A stretch of DNA of 64,000 bases from Octopus vulgaris (Eukaryota). Location of the stretch: contig OX597817.1 of assembly GCA_951406725.2 (NCBI GenBank), positions 88,970,001-89,034,000 of the forward strand, given 5' to 3'. Positions 1 through 12,502 of this stretch are shown piece by piece (position 1 is the stretch's first letter; each line of letters begins with the position of its first letter). Below the pieces are notes generated by a model, which saw nothing but the letters and a program-made list of their open reading frames with translations, made no database searches and had not been told where the DNA came from. The position numbers and the translations under genes were made by a program.

Positions 1-1521
1 GCCCGGTCGAGTTGCTCGGGGTCTGGTTCGGTCCGGACCTCCAAATGGAGAACTGGAACGAGATAACGAGTAGGGTGGTCACTCTCGCCCGGCAATGGGC
101 CGAGAGGAAACAGTCCCTAAAGGGTCGTGCGGAGGTGGCGAACACGTACATCGCGTCCATCATCTACTACCGCCTGATCGTCGTATCTTGTCCCGACCCT
201 ACCATCACCAAACTAGAACGCATTCTCTTCCGCTTCTTGTGGAAAGGAAGCGTCCTGATGGTCAGGCGATCCATTTGCTATCAAAACCCGTTAAAAGGAG
301 GGCTGGACATGCCGTGGTTGATGATGCGCAGACACGCGCTGAGACTGCGACATCTCCGGCTCTACGTAGACGACGATGAACAGGTGTGGTTGCCGTTTGT
401 GAGGCACGCTTTCCCGCAGCTCGTCTCGATGACAGAACAGCAGTCGTGGATCAAAAAGAGGCCGAGGAAGGGCGAATGGCACTGCGAGTGTCGCGTTGCT
501 CTCAAGCAACTATGCCGACCCGGGTCGACCTTGAGTGACTTCAACACAACCAAAGCATTCTATAGAGGATTAGTGGAGGAGAGGTACGACGACGATCTTG
601 GGGCGAACCTGGGCGTCGACGAGGAATACCTGACCCGCCTGTTTGAGAAGACCTTCGGGCCGGGACCTATGGACAACTTCCAGAGATCCCTGGCTTGGCA
701 GTGCTACCGAGAAGCGCTACCCGTTCGGGATAAGCTCTATAGGCATGTCTCGAGGAACACGGGGTCGACATGCCCGAGATGCGGGCAGAGCGACGAAACC
801 GTTCTGCACGCAATCGTGCAGTGTCCAACAATCTCCGACCTGTGGGCTTATGTCGAACGACTGCTGTCACGTGTGGGACGTGTCGGTTTATCGTTAATAA
901 ACCTCACGCCTCCTTCCTTCAAACGGGAAGGAAGAGCTATTTTTATCATACTTGTGGCTATGGCGAAAGAATGTATCTGGTGGACGCGTCTGAAAGGATT
1001 GGAGACAAACACTTTCCTCTCTGGTCAATCTCTCATCAACTTCTTCAAATATCACTTGAAAAGGAAAGTTAGAGTAGAGAGGCAAGTTTTGTCTAGTGAA
1101 TGTTTTAAAAAAAGATGGGTGAATGTAGCAAGGTTGGCACATATGAATGACGAAGCCACCTTGACTATGATCCTATGAAGCGTAAAAATTAATACAGAGA
1201 GTTGCTTATTTGTAAAAAAATATAACAGGTGGCTTCATTGACGAGGTTACCGTGGTCTTTTCCTTAGGCTTTTCTTTCCACGGGTAAACCTCACCTTTCC
1301 TCCCCTTTACACTTTATATTGACATTTCTGTGATAACGATCCCTATTGATCAATTTTTTCCTTTTCCTTTTTTTTCTTTCTTTTCCCTTTTCCTTTTTTT
1401 TCTCTTTCATTCCATTCACGATCGCTTTTGATCGCAAACCAACCCACCTTTTTTTATCTCCAAAAAGAAAAGCTCTAATTTGTCCCGTCTGTGTGCAGCC
1501 CTGTGTGGCTAATAAAGAAAC
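1..1521 (+). mobile_element. Tx1-like (L1 group) LINE, 3' part: ORF2 C-terminus with CCHC finger, T-rich 3' UTR and AATAAA
   Basis: ORF 12-1178 has LGVWFG, post-RT motifs SLKGRAEVAN/LFRFLW/GGL, and CPRCGQSDETVLHAIVQC zinc finger. AATAAA at 1511, then (TATC)n. Runs off the window start. Confidence 0.9.
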
Positions 1522-1522
1522 A

Positions 1523-1600
<78 letters not shown>

Positions 1601-1611
1601 ATAATATAAAT

Positions 1612-1680
<69 letters not shown>
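1523..1680. repeat. Compound microsatellite (TATC)n/(TA)n/(TG)n
   Basis: Directly visible. Confidence 0.95.
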
Positions 1681-1692
<12 letters not shown>

Positions 1693-1726
1693 ATATGTAC
1701 ATACATACACAGATATATATGCATAC

Positions 1727-1857
1727 ATGGGTACAGGACGTCACAAACTGTAAACAACATGAAATACGAAAACAAAAGAATTGAATACATAAACAACGAC
1801 AGAAACAAATGGATAACAGGGCAATGTTGTTTATTTTTTGCGACACCCTGTACCCAT
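1727..1857. mobile_element. Short foldback or MITE-like element with ~21-bp imperfect terminal inverted repeats
   Basis: ATGGGTACAGGACGTCACAAA ... TTTGCGACACCCTGTACCCAT, in a TA-rich context. Confidence 0.55.
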
Positions 1858-1860
1858 ATA

Positions 1861-1895
<35 letters not shown>

Positions 1896-2015
1896 ACAAT
1901 CAAGGAACGGCCATAATAGGCCATTCACCCACTAGAAATAACAGCCAAAAGCTTTAACCGCAAAATAACGTTAATTCCGTAAACCAGGAGAAAATTGAAA
2001 AACATTTACCCTGTA

Positions 2016-2122
2016 ATTTCTTAGACGATGCACCGTTTCATCTTCTGTTTAATGGAAAACTAACCTGATTAAATTAAATCAAGCCAATCTACCATAGGCC
2101 CTTAGAATCATCAGTAAGAAAT
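2016..2122 (-). ncRNA. Type I hammerhead ribozyme with extended stem II
   Basis: Reverse complement of 2759-2865. Confidence 0.8.
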
Positions 2123-2758
2123 AGCCAAGCCGGAACAGATATTTTTCACGAGGCATTCTCGTTGCTACCTCGTCAATATCTGACCTAAAATTTTCAAATC
2201 GTCGCACTCGCGCCAAATTTATCGGCAGCAAATAAATATAAGCCGCCGATTCCATTACGGAATTAACCAGAAAATTCATAATTAATCAATATAGGGTGGC
2301 AAAAAAAAATTTTGTAGAATTCTTTTGCCACCAGCGGCCTAGTGGGAAAAAATTAAATAGTCATAAACTATTTTAAGTTCAACATCAACAATCAAGGAAC
2401 GGCCATAATAGGCCATTCACCCACTAGAAATAACAGCCAAAAGCTTTAACCGCAAAATAACGTTAATTCCGTAAACCAGGAGAAAATTGAAAAACATTTA
2501 CCCTGTAATTTCTTAGACGATGCACCGTTTCATCTTCTGTTTAATGTAAAGAATTCTAGAAAATTCTACAAAATTTTTTTGCCACCCTATATTGATTAAT
2601 TATGAATTTTCTGGTTAATTCCGTAATGGAATCGGCGGCTTATATTTATTTGCTGCCGATAAATTTGGCGCGAGTGCGACGATTTGAAAATTTTAGGTCA
2701 GATATTGACGAGGTAGCAACGAGAATGCCTCGTGAAAAATATCTGTTCCGGCTTGGCT

Positions 2759-2865
2759 ATTTCTTACTGATGATTCTAAGGGCCTATGGTAGATTGGCTT
2801 GATTTAATTTAATCAGGTTAGTTTTCCATTAAACAGAAGATGAAACGGTGCATCGTCTAAGAAAT
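2759..2865 (+). ncRNA. Type I hammerhead ribozyme with extended stem II
   Basis: Stem I ATTTCTTA/TAAGAAAT; core CTGATGA (2767); 68-nt stem II; GAAA (2842); stem III ACGG-TGCA-TCGT; GTC cleavage triplet 2855-2857. Confidence 0.8.
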
Positions 2866-3253
2866 TACAGGGTAAATGTTTTTCAATTTTCTCCTGGTTT
2901 ACGGAATTAACGTTATTTTGCGGTTAAAGCTTTTGGCTGTTATTTCTAGTGGGTGAATGGCCTATTATGGCCGTTCCTTGATTGTTGATGTTGAACTTAA
3001 AAATAGTTTATGACTATTTAATTTTTTTCCCACTAGGCCGCTGGTGGCAAAAGAATTCTACAAAATTTTTTTTTTGCCACCCTATATTGATTAATTATGA
3101 ATTTTCTGGTTAATTCCGTAATGAAATCGGCGGCTTATATTTATTTGCTGCCGATAAATTTTGCGCGAGTGCGACGATTTGAAAATTTTAGGTCAGATAT
3201 TGACGAGGTAGCAACGAGAATGCCTCGTGAAAAATATCTGTTCCGGCTTGGCT

Positions 3254-3360
3254 TTTTCTTACTGATGATTCTAAGGGCCTATGGTAGATTGGCTTGATTT
3301 AATTTAATCAGGTTAGTTTTCCATTAAACAGAAGATGAAACGGTGCATCGTCTAAGAAAT
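3254..3360 (+). ncRNA. Type I hammerhead ribozyme with extended stem II
   Basis: Second + copy, 495 bp downstream, with one stem I substitution. Confidence 0.8.
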
Positions 3361-3594
3361 TACAGGGTAAATGTTTTTCAATTTTCTCCTGGTTTACGGA
3401 ATTAACGTTATTTTGCGGTTAAAGCTTTTGGCTGTTATTTCTAGTGGGTGAATGGCCTATTATGGCCGTTCCTTGATTGTTGATGTTGAACTTAAAAATA
3501 GTTTATGACTATTTAATTTTTTTCCCACTAGGCCGCTGGTGGCAAAAGAATTCTACAAAATTTTTTTTTTTTTTTTTTTGCCACCCTATATTGA

Positions 3595-3687
<93 letters not shown>

Positions 3688-3896
3688 GTAATCAGGAACT
3701 CGACGAAAGAAAACTCCAAATGGTCCGTCCTTGTTTTTTCTTGTCCTTTTTTGTATCATGTCTGGATGTCTTGTTGTCGCCCGTTGCATTCTTGTCCTAT
3801 TTTTTTGTATTCTTTTTTATATACATATAGCGGCATACCTACAATTTGGTCTCTTATATGTATGTACATACACACATATATACATACATACATACA

Positions 3897-3928
<32 letters not shown>

Positions 3929-3955
3929 CATACATACATACATATATATATATGC

Positions 3956-3995
<40 letters not shown>

Positions 3996-4044
3996 ATTTA
4001 TATTTTTATTTGATTGAACCCTACACATCCATTTCCAAGTAAGT

Positions 4045-4108
<64 letters not shown>

Positions 4109-4111
<3 letters not shown>

Positions 4112-4820
4112 CAAACGGGAAGGAAGAGCTATTTTCATCATCCTTGTGGCTATGGCGAAAGAATGTATCTGGTGGACGCGTCTGAAAGGATTGGAGACAA
4201 ACACTTTCCTCTCTGGTCAATCTCTCATCAACTTCTTCAAGTACCACTTGAAAAGGAAAGTGAGAGTAGAGAGGTAAGTTTTGTCTAGCGAATGTTTTAA
4301 AAAAAGATGGGTGAATGTAGCAAGGATGGCACGTATGAATGACGAAGCCACCTTGAGCATAATCCTATGAACCCAGAAATTGAAAACAGAGGGTTACCCA
4401 CTTGCAAACAAATGTGGTAACATATAACAATATTGACCAAGGTTACCGTGTTCTTTTTCGTAGGCTTTTCTTCCCACGGATAAACCTTACTTGCTTTCCC
4501 CTTTACACCATATATCATAACACTGTGATACACGATCCCTATTGATCGTTTTTTTTTCATCTTCCCCTTTTTTCTTCTTTTTTCATTTCTCTTTTCTTTT
4601 GTTCCTTTTCCTTTTCTTTTTTTTCTTTTTCTTTTTTATTTTATTTATTTCTTTATTTTTTTTGTTCTTTTCTTCCCTTTTACGATCCCTCTTGATCGAA
4701 AACCTACGCCACCCCTTTTTTTGTTTCTTTTGTTTTTTGTTTTTTTCATCCCCCAAAAGAAAAGCTCTACCTTGTAACTTGTCCCATCTGTGTGCAGCCC
4801 TGTGTGGCCAATAAAGAAAC
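4109..4820 (+). mobile_element. Tx1-like LINE, 5'-truncated 3' end
   Basis: Highly similar to ~917-1521 (FKREGRAIFIILVAMAKECIWW...), ends AATAAAGAAAC, preceded by (TATC)n. Confidence 0.9.
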
Positions 4821-4889
4821 TTATATGTATATATGGATGTTTATAATAATAATAATGATAATAATAATAATAATTATTAGTATTATTAT

Positions 4890-5359
4890 TGTACAGCTTC
4901 TAACGTTAGAGATGTACTACAGTGTCTGCTGTTCACTACCAGTGAACTAAAGTAACACCTCTTATTTTTCGAGCACCTTCCGGAGTATTCGAGTGGTTCC
5001 AAGAAGTGTTGTTTTCTGCAAGTGCTCCACCCTTATTGCAGCCCCTATTTGTTCCACCTACTTCTCGAGAGTTTTGTTCAGTGTTCCCAGCGCTCCGAAA
5101 ATCATTGATACTGCTGCTACCTTTTTCATCGATCACAACTGCTTAACTTCCCAAGCTAACCTGTCATATCTCTCGACTTTTCTTTCTTCCTTATCGCATA
5201 CCTTGTTGTCAGCTGGGCATGCTATGTCTATGATCCAGCATAGTTTGTTTTCTTTCTCAATTAAAACTATGTCCAGCCCTCTATTATCAATCTCATGGTC
5301 GCACTGAATCATAAAATCTCATAAGATCTTTACATTTCTATTTTCGACAATGCCTTCAA

Positions 5360-5360
<1 letters not shown>
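4890..5360 (-). mobile_element. R4/Dong-like LINE 3' fragment (restriction-like endonuclease)
   Basis: Minus strand reads DIVLIEKENKLCWIIDIACPAD; similar to 21190-21620; flanked by (TAA)n/(TTA)n. Confidence 0.8.
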
Positions 5361-5442
<82 letters not shown>

Positions 5443-5464
5443 TATTATTATTATCATTATTATT

Positions 5465-7600
5465 CAGTAGTCTTATTTTTATCACGTGCTTTCACTACAA
5501 TACCGAGCGCATCTCTGTGTGCCTTGGGTATGTGCTGTGGTTTGTTGTGGTACTCTTATTTTCACTGTATTGAAAGTGTTTGACGTAGGATATGTGCAGT
5601 GCCTAGTAGTGCTATTTCTGTATATTGTATATCTTGTAAGTACTGGAGTTTTTGTTATGTATTTGTCTGAATGTTTTTAAATCATACCTAATACGCTTAC
5701 TTTGACAGGAATTGTTTCTATTTTTAGGCACCACATTCGAGTTACCTCCATTCCCAGATCTTTGTTCTTTTGAAAGTTTCTCCGTTTCTTTTAGAGAAAC
5801 GTTGTGATCTATTTGTATTGATACATCGATTTGGAAGCATTTTTTCTTGGTGATCTCTGACAACTATATCCGGCTTATTGGCCTTAAGTTCTCTATCAGT
5901 GTGTATTGGTATATCCCATAGTGTGGTTGCTTTCTCATTTCCTGTGGCATTTTCTGGTGTGTGCCTATACCATCTTTTTCTTTTGTTATTCCATAGTGTT
6001 CTCATAGCTTCCAATGTATATAGATTCCGACTCTGTCGTGTCTGTGAATATATTCCTTCTTAGCCAGGACTGGGCAGCCAGAGATAATGATTTATTGTTT
6101 CTTGTCCATCTCCACATATTCTGCAATTATTTGTATTTCTTTTCATCACATGTTTTTAGTGATTTCAGTCTCTGCTTTGACTCCTGAGCTTCTCAGCTAT
6201 TGTTAAGGTTTTGCTTGTCTATTTCTTTTCTATTTAGCTTAACCCAATATGTACCATATAGGGGCTTTTCTTACCATCGTTTTATCATGATACGTTGCAG
6301 ATCCAGTTTTAGTTTGGGTTTCAGTTGTTTTACAGCTTGTGTTGTTTTTTTTCTTCATAGTTGTTAGGTACTTTGACTTCTTTCTTGTATTTGTCTGCTC
6401 CTTAAAAACTGAAAACAGTTTTTTGTTTTGTTCGTGCTTTGTGGCTATTTGTATTAGTTTTCCTTACTTCCGAAGTAGGTGTTTCTGTAGTTCTATGGTG
6501 CGTATTTTCTAATAGTTTTCTAACTGCATAAGGCCTCTACCACCTTCAATACGTTGTATATATAGCCTTTCTATGTCAGATTTTGGATGGTGCATCCTAA
6601 ATCCTGTCATTATTTTTCAGGTTTTCCCGTCTATTTTGATTAGTTCATTTATAGTCCAGTTAAGAATATTGTAGCTTATAACTTATAACTGGGACGGCTA
6701 GAGTGTTGATACCTATTATCTTGTTTTTTCGCATTGAGCTGTTTTCAGTATTAATCTAAATCGTCTATAGCATTCCTTTCTTATTCTCTTTCATTTGTGT
6801 TTGTTGTATTGTATCTAGCTAAATGATTCCTAAGTATTTGTATGTCTGGCTTTAGTTTAATTCTCTTATTTCATTTGCTTTATCTAGTGTGATGTCGCTA
6901 CTCTTAACTATTGGGTTGATGCATAATTATTGCGGCTTTTTCATTGTTTCCAGGTTTTAGATTTGTTTCGTATCCCACCCCCGTTCATATTTTTGTCTGT
7001 GGTGTTCTGGTTTGGTACATTTTGCACATCATTATACATTCCTACAGTCTGGGTTTGTTGTCTTTCGTTGTTTACTTCGTTTTTGTTGGACATGTTACGT
7101 CTGTCTTCGTATTTTAAATTCCAGTGCTTATGATATCTTTTGGCATTGCTGTGTGACTACCATCTACGTTTTCCTCATGTATTTTTCCTTTTAAGTGTTC
7201 TATTTCTATTTCTGATAAGTTTTTTGTTTTGAGAATATATTTCCGTATAATAGCTAGTTTATTAAGATTCATTGCTGTATCTAAATTCTTATCTAGGTTA
7301 TTCTTCTTCCAAATTTTATTTGTATATATTGTGTGTTTCCTTTCAGTGGGTAGAGCACTGCCATAAAATAAGCGTGTAAGGTTGAAATATATTCCTCACC
7401 TGTCCATTTTATGTGACATGAGGAATAACGTCCGGCCCTTTATTTTGATGGTCATAATTTTCGTTGGGTACCGATCCGTTCATTTCTGGTGTTAAATGGT
7501 TTTGCACGCGTAGTTTTCCGCACTTTATTTGTAACAAGTTTAAAGTACGTACTTCCCGTTTGTTATCCTTGGGTTGAATAATACGGGTATTATTTAATTT
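5465..7600 (-). mobile_element. R4/Dong-like LINE, degenerate and internally deleted
   Basis: WDIPIHTDRELKANKPDIVV endonuclease motif; MHHPKSDIERLYI...GGRGL; YKYLG; many stops; TTA repeats at both ends. Confidence 0.8.
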
Positions 7601-7879
7601 ATTTTTCAGTTTTATTATTTAATGTTTTATCATTTATTATTATCATTATTATTACTATTATTTTTGTAGTTTATCTATCAAAGTTCTTCCGTCACACATA
7701 CTGTGACCTCTTTAGCGATTTCCTGGATAAGAGGAGACATCTGGGGCAGTATGTGTAACGGAAGAACTTTGATAAATAAACTACAAAAATAATTAATAAT
7801 AATACAGCTAAAGTGAAGAGCAAATAGTGCGTATGCTTCATTGGTATGATGACCGTCCCCAAGTATAACAATATACTTT

Positions 7880-7980
7880 GTGAAGGTGCATGGCTTGGTA
7901 GTTAAGATGTTGTACTCACGATTGCAAGATCGTGGGTTCACTTCCCAGACTGGGCGTTGTGTTCTTGAGCAAAGCACGTC
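7880..7980 (+). mobile_element. tRNA-derived SINE head (family C), degenerate
   Basis: A-box/B-box-like TGGCTTGGTAGTTAAG ... GGTTCACTTCCC; similar to 57016-57292. Confidence 0.6.
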
Positions 7981-8159
7981 AGTAGACTGGAGAGGGTCTA
8001 TAAGGTGTCGTGCAAGCCTTATTGGACCTAAAACTCTACATAGGCATTGCTGACCCCTGCTTGATAAGTGCTGCTTTTTTTTTTACTTATATATATATAT
8101 TTATTTTATTTTCAGTATACATGTATCTTTATTTTTAGTAAATATTTATTTTATTTTTA

Positions 8160-11100
8160 TTCGGGTGTCCTGCGGCGATGGGAAGGTGGCGAAGCATGCA
8201 GACCTGACAGGGCTAGAAGCATGTGCACGTAGGCGGCCCATACTAGATATAAAGTCGTCTCCTTGTCGCCCAAGACAGCAATAGGATTCGGTCGCTGCAT
8301 GGGTGTCTGAGCAGCTCCATTTGGAGAGGGCACTGCTCACCCAGACACCGGGGAGGTTCTAGAAATGGTGAACAAAAAAATTCCCTGTCTTTCTATATCT
8401 GGTCAGTTTAGCGCGTTTGACGGATGTCCACCCTGCGCTCGAAAAACTATGAGAATTCTTTTTACAAAATCTGGATGGAACTTGAACATTTCATGTAGGG
8501 ATGTGTGCAGTCTGTTGGATAACGAAAGTGATTGTAGGCCTGAAAGACGCACTGCACTTGTTGCTGGTGAGTTGAACCGCTATAACTGATATAACTGCAC
8601 TTTCAGAGACTCGTATAGAAGGCGATGTTCAGCTGGAGGAAGTAGATGGATACATCTTTTTTTGGAAAGGGAGGCTGAAGGAGGAGCGCAGAGAGACTGG
8701 TGTTGGCTTTGCAGTTCGATCTGATATCCTTAAGAAGTTGGAGGAGCTTCCTGTTCTTATGAATGAACGTCTAATGACTACGGTTGTACCTGAAAGGTGG
8801 GCAGTTTGCTACTCTAAAAAGTGCTTATGCACCTACTTTGACTTGTTGTGATGAAGATAAAACTATTTTTTTATACCCATCTGAGAGCCATACTTAGGAA
8901 AATCCCCAATTCTGATGAAGTCATTCTACTGGGGGATTTCAATACCAGGGTTGGAACAGACTGGCAAACATGAAACTCTCTAGGACGTTTTGGTGTAGGA
9001 AAAATGAATAGCAATGATCTCATGCTGCTGGAGGTTTGCGATGAACATGGACTTTACATCGCAAGCACTCATTTTATGCACTAGGGTGATCACGCAACAA
9101 TGTAGATGCATCCAAGATCTAAAGTTTGGTACTTTCTGGATTGTCATCATCTGCAAGCGTGACATCTATGACATTTGTAATGCTAAGTCCTTTCTTGGAT
9201 CGGAATGCTGGACAGACTACAGTTTGGTGCGAGCAAAGTTCCGGATGATGATTAGAATGAAAGAGAGAAGAGAGCCAGTTGGCATTTCTCGGCGTCTGAA
9301 TGTCCACAAGATATATGATGCTGTGTTGAGGGAAGAACTTCAGACTCGCCTGTCCAGAATCGAAAATATGGGAAAATTTTCGGGACCAGGTTTTTCAATG
9401 TATTGCTGAAACATTGAGATATGCTTCTGCCAGACACAGAGACTGGTTTGACGAAAATGATGCTGAAGCTCAGCGACTATTGGTTGTAAAGGGCCATGCC
9501 CACAATGTATTGCTACACAGAGGACTGTCTGCTGTGCAGCGAAATCTATCACTTGCCCACTATAGCAGTGTAAAATCACTACTGCAGCGATCTCTGAAGA
9601 AGATGCAGAACCCTTGGTGGCACGAACTTGCTCGTGATGGAAAGGACAGCAAGAATCGTTTACCATCTTATGAAGCAAGTATATGGGCCTAAGAGCTCTG
9701 CATAAGTTCCTTTGCTTTCCACTCTACTCTATTTACTAAATCAACAGAAATCACAGGTCGGTGGATTGAACACTTCTCTGAACTCTTGAACCATGAGTCA
9801 GTGGATGAAACAATGATTGATATTATGCAACAAAATTGGCTCCTTAAATTCCACGCCCTCAGTAGGTAATGACAACAATAAGTATACTGAATCTTGGTAG
9901 GGCATCCGGAAGGGATGGAATTTGTGCTGAGCTCTTGCGATTTGGTGGTGTTTACATCATACTTCATGAACTTATTAGTGTAGTCGGGAGGGATGGTGCA
10001 ATGCCTAAGGATTGGAAGGATGCAATTATTCTTCCTCTCTATAAAGAAAAAAGGAGCCAGATTAATGTGTGGTAACTACAGAAGTATTGCTCTACTATCA
10101 GCTGCTGGCAAGGTTCTGGCAAATATTCTTCTTACCCGCCTGAATGGGTGTTTCGTAAATGATGCCTTATCTGAATCTCAATGTGGCTTCCGATCTGGTA
10201 GAGGGACAATGGATATGATTTTCACAGTAAGACAGATGCAGAAGAAGTGCCCTGAGCAGAATATGGATCTTGTCTAGGTATTCATTGATTTAACCAAAGC
10301 CTTTGATGCTGTGAATAGGGCCTTGCTATGGAAAATACTTGGCAAACTAGAATGTCTGGATCACTGGGTATCTATAATTAAATCATGGGATGGAGGCTTG
10401 GGTCAATGTTGGTGGTGGCATGCGGTACCCATTCTTGTAGAGAATGGTGTCAAGCAGGGTGACATCCTTGCCCCAACTCTCTTTTCTCTGTGCTTTGCTG
10501 CTGCTTTTACTCACGCTTTTGCTAAGGTTAGCTCTCTGGAAATATATGTCAAGTTTTGATCTTCCGGCCGCCTCTTTAATCTGTACCGATTTGCTGCGAA
10601 TTCAAAAGTTTTCAAGTCTCTTATTCGTGACCTCCTTTATGCAGATGACTGTGACTTAGTCACTCATACAGTGGATGACATGTAAATATTTATGAATCGT
10701 ATTTCTGCTTCTTGCAAGGCATTTGGACTCAACGTGAGCTTGGACAAGACAGTTATAATGTTCCAGCCTTCACCAGAAAAATCTATATGTGGAACCAGCT
10801 ATCTTGGGTGAAGGAGCAATACTGAAAGTGGCAGACAAGTTTGTCTACCTTGGCAGCACACTCAGCCGTTCTTGCTCTCTGGATGATGAAATATCTTTCA
10901 GGCTGCAGAAAGCAACTGGTTCCTTCCAGTCTCTGCAGTCTCGTGTCTGGTCCCAGTATGGCATCACAAGCCAAATAAAAATTGCTGTGTACTGCGCATG
11001 TGTTCTGACATCGCTCCTTTATTCATGTGAGACATGGACCCTTTACAAACGTCATGTAAGGGTCCTTGAACGCTTTCACCAGTGATGTCTGAGACACATT

Positions 11101-11662
11101 CTGAATGTTGGTTGGACCTTAAAAACTCCAGACACATAGATCCTAAGGAAAGCTGGTATCTTGAGTATTGAGGCGATGGTGCACAAGTACCGGTTACGTT
11201 GGTCTGGTACCTTATTAGAATGAAGGATAGCAGGTTCCCTAAACTGATGCAATATGGGGAACTTATTTGTGGAAAGAGACCCCGGCAGAAACCAAGGATG
11301 CAATGTAAGGACTGTGTCAAGTCCTCATTAAAGCCCTGTGATATGTAGGAGACTGACTGCAAGAGCAATGCCTGTCATTGACAGAGATGGAAGAAGCAGG
11401 TTAAGGAGTGGAGTCGACACCATTGGGAGAGCATGTATTCTGGATGAAGAATTTAAGCGTGCTCCTTGAAAGCACACTGCTAGTGTAGTGAATGGGGAAA
11501 GCTTGGTTTGCAATGTTTACAGCCGTGTATGCGTGTCAAGAGTAGGGCTCATTAGCCACCAACGGAGCCGCAAATGCAAAATATAAGTTAGCCCTAGAGC
11601 GCACGATGTTCCTGAAGGTTTGCAATGGTCTTCCTCGGTCACGAGTGAACGGCCATCATCAT
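8160..11662 (+). mobile_element. RTE-clade LINE, near full length but inactivated (APE + RT)
   Basis: RPERRTALVAGELNRYN, LLGDFN, NYRSIALLS..GK, ESQCGFRSGRGTMDMIF, GVKQGDILAPTLF, LLYADD, FVYLGS, LLYSCETW; many stops and frameshifts; 3' end CGGCCATCATCAT. Confidence 0.92.
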
Positions 11663-11666
11663 GTAT

Positions 11667-11711
<45 letters not shown>

Positions 11712-12211
11712 AATACATATATATGTACACACATGTAGGTGTGTGTCTGTGCGTGTGAGTGTACGTATATGCATATGTAAATGTAACTGAGTGCGTGAGG
11801 GTGTAAGGGTGTGAGCGTCTGTGTTTGTGTGTTTGTGTGTGTGCGTCTGCATAAATGCATATATGTATATGCATATATACAATGGTATAATATATATATA
11901 TATATGTATACACACATGCATACATATACATATACATATATATGTATGCATGCATGTGGGTATACACATACACACACGTACACACAAGTATACGAGTATT
12001 TATGAATGCGTACGTCCGTATGTTTATATAAACTGTTCGTGTGATTGCCTATACGTTTGTGTATATATGCGTAAGATACTGTATTTAGATGTTTGTTTAC
12101 TTCTGTATGAATATATAGAACACATGGAATCTATTTAGGTCAGAGTGTATACGTATGTATGCATCAGCCGCCTTATACGCATGTATGTATGTATGTATGT
12201 ATGTATGTATG

Positions 12212-12242
<31 letters not shown>

Positions 12243-12268
12243 GAGTGTTATATTTATGCAAGTATATA

Positions 12269-12502
12269 GGCGCTAGAGCGGCTGTGTGGTAAGAAACTTG
12301 CTTCCCAACCACATGGTTCCAGGTTCAGTTCCACAGTGTAGCACCTTGGGTATGTGTCTTCTACTATAGCCTCGGGTCGACCCAAGGCTTGTGAGTGGAT
12401 TTGGTAGACGGAAACTGAAAGATTTGTTCGACTAAAGGCGATGCTCCAGCATGGCCGCATTCAAATAACTGAAACAAGTGAAAGAATAAAACAATAAAAG
12501 AA
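12269..12502 (+). mobile_element. tRNA-derived SINE (family A, octopus-type), internally deleted
   Basis: GGCTGTGTGGTAAG..GCTTCCCAACCACATGGTTCCAGGTTCAGT..CACCTTGGG..GTGAGTGGATTTGGTAGACGGAAACTGAAAG; matches 60716-60878. Confidence 0.85.

Larger units (their letters stand above)
1892..3599. mobile_element. Retrozyme-like ~495-bp repeat: ~1.3 units on - (1892-2546) joined head-to-head to ~2.1 units on + (2548-3599), flanked by (TA)n
   Basis: Near-identical units (CTGATGA at 2767 and 3262 gives period 495), one hammerhead per unit, many internal hairpins. Confidence 0.85.

Noticed and set aside
2602-2802. 66-aa ORF repeated three times in the 495-bp units
   Set aside because: The repetition only reflects near-identical copies. 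No recognisable motif, and it runs through RNA hairpins and the ribozyme core. Coding cannot be supported without Ribo-seq or dN/dS.
3690-3855. GAAAACTCC..GGTCCGTCC as a hammerhead half
   Set aside because: No CTGANGA core or paired stems; at most a decayed repeat end.
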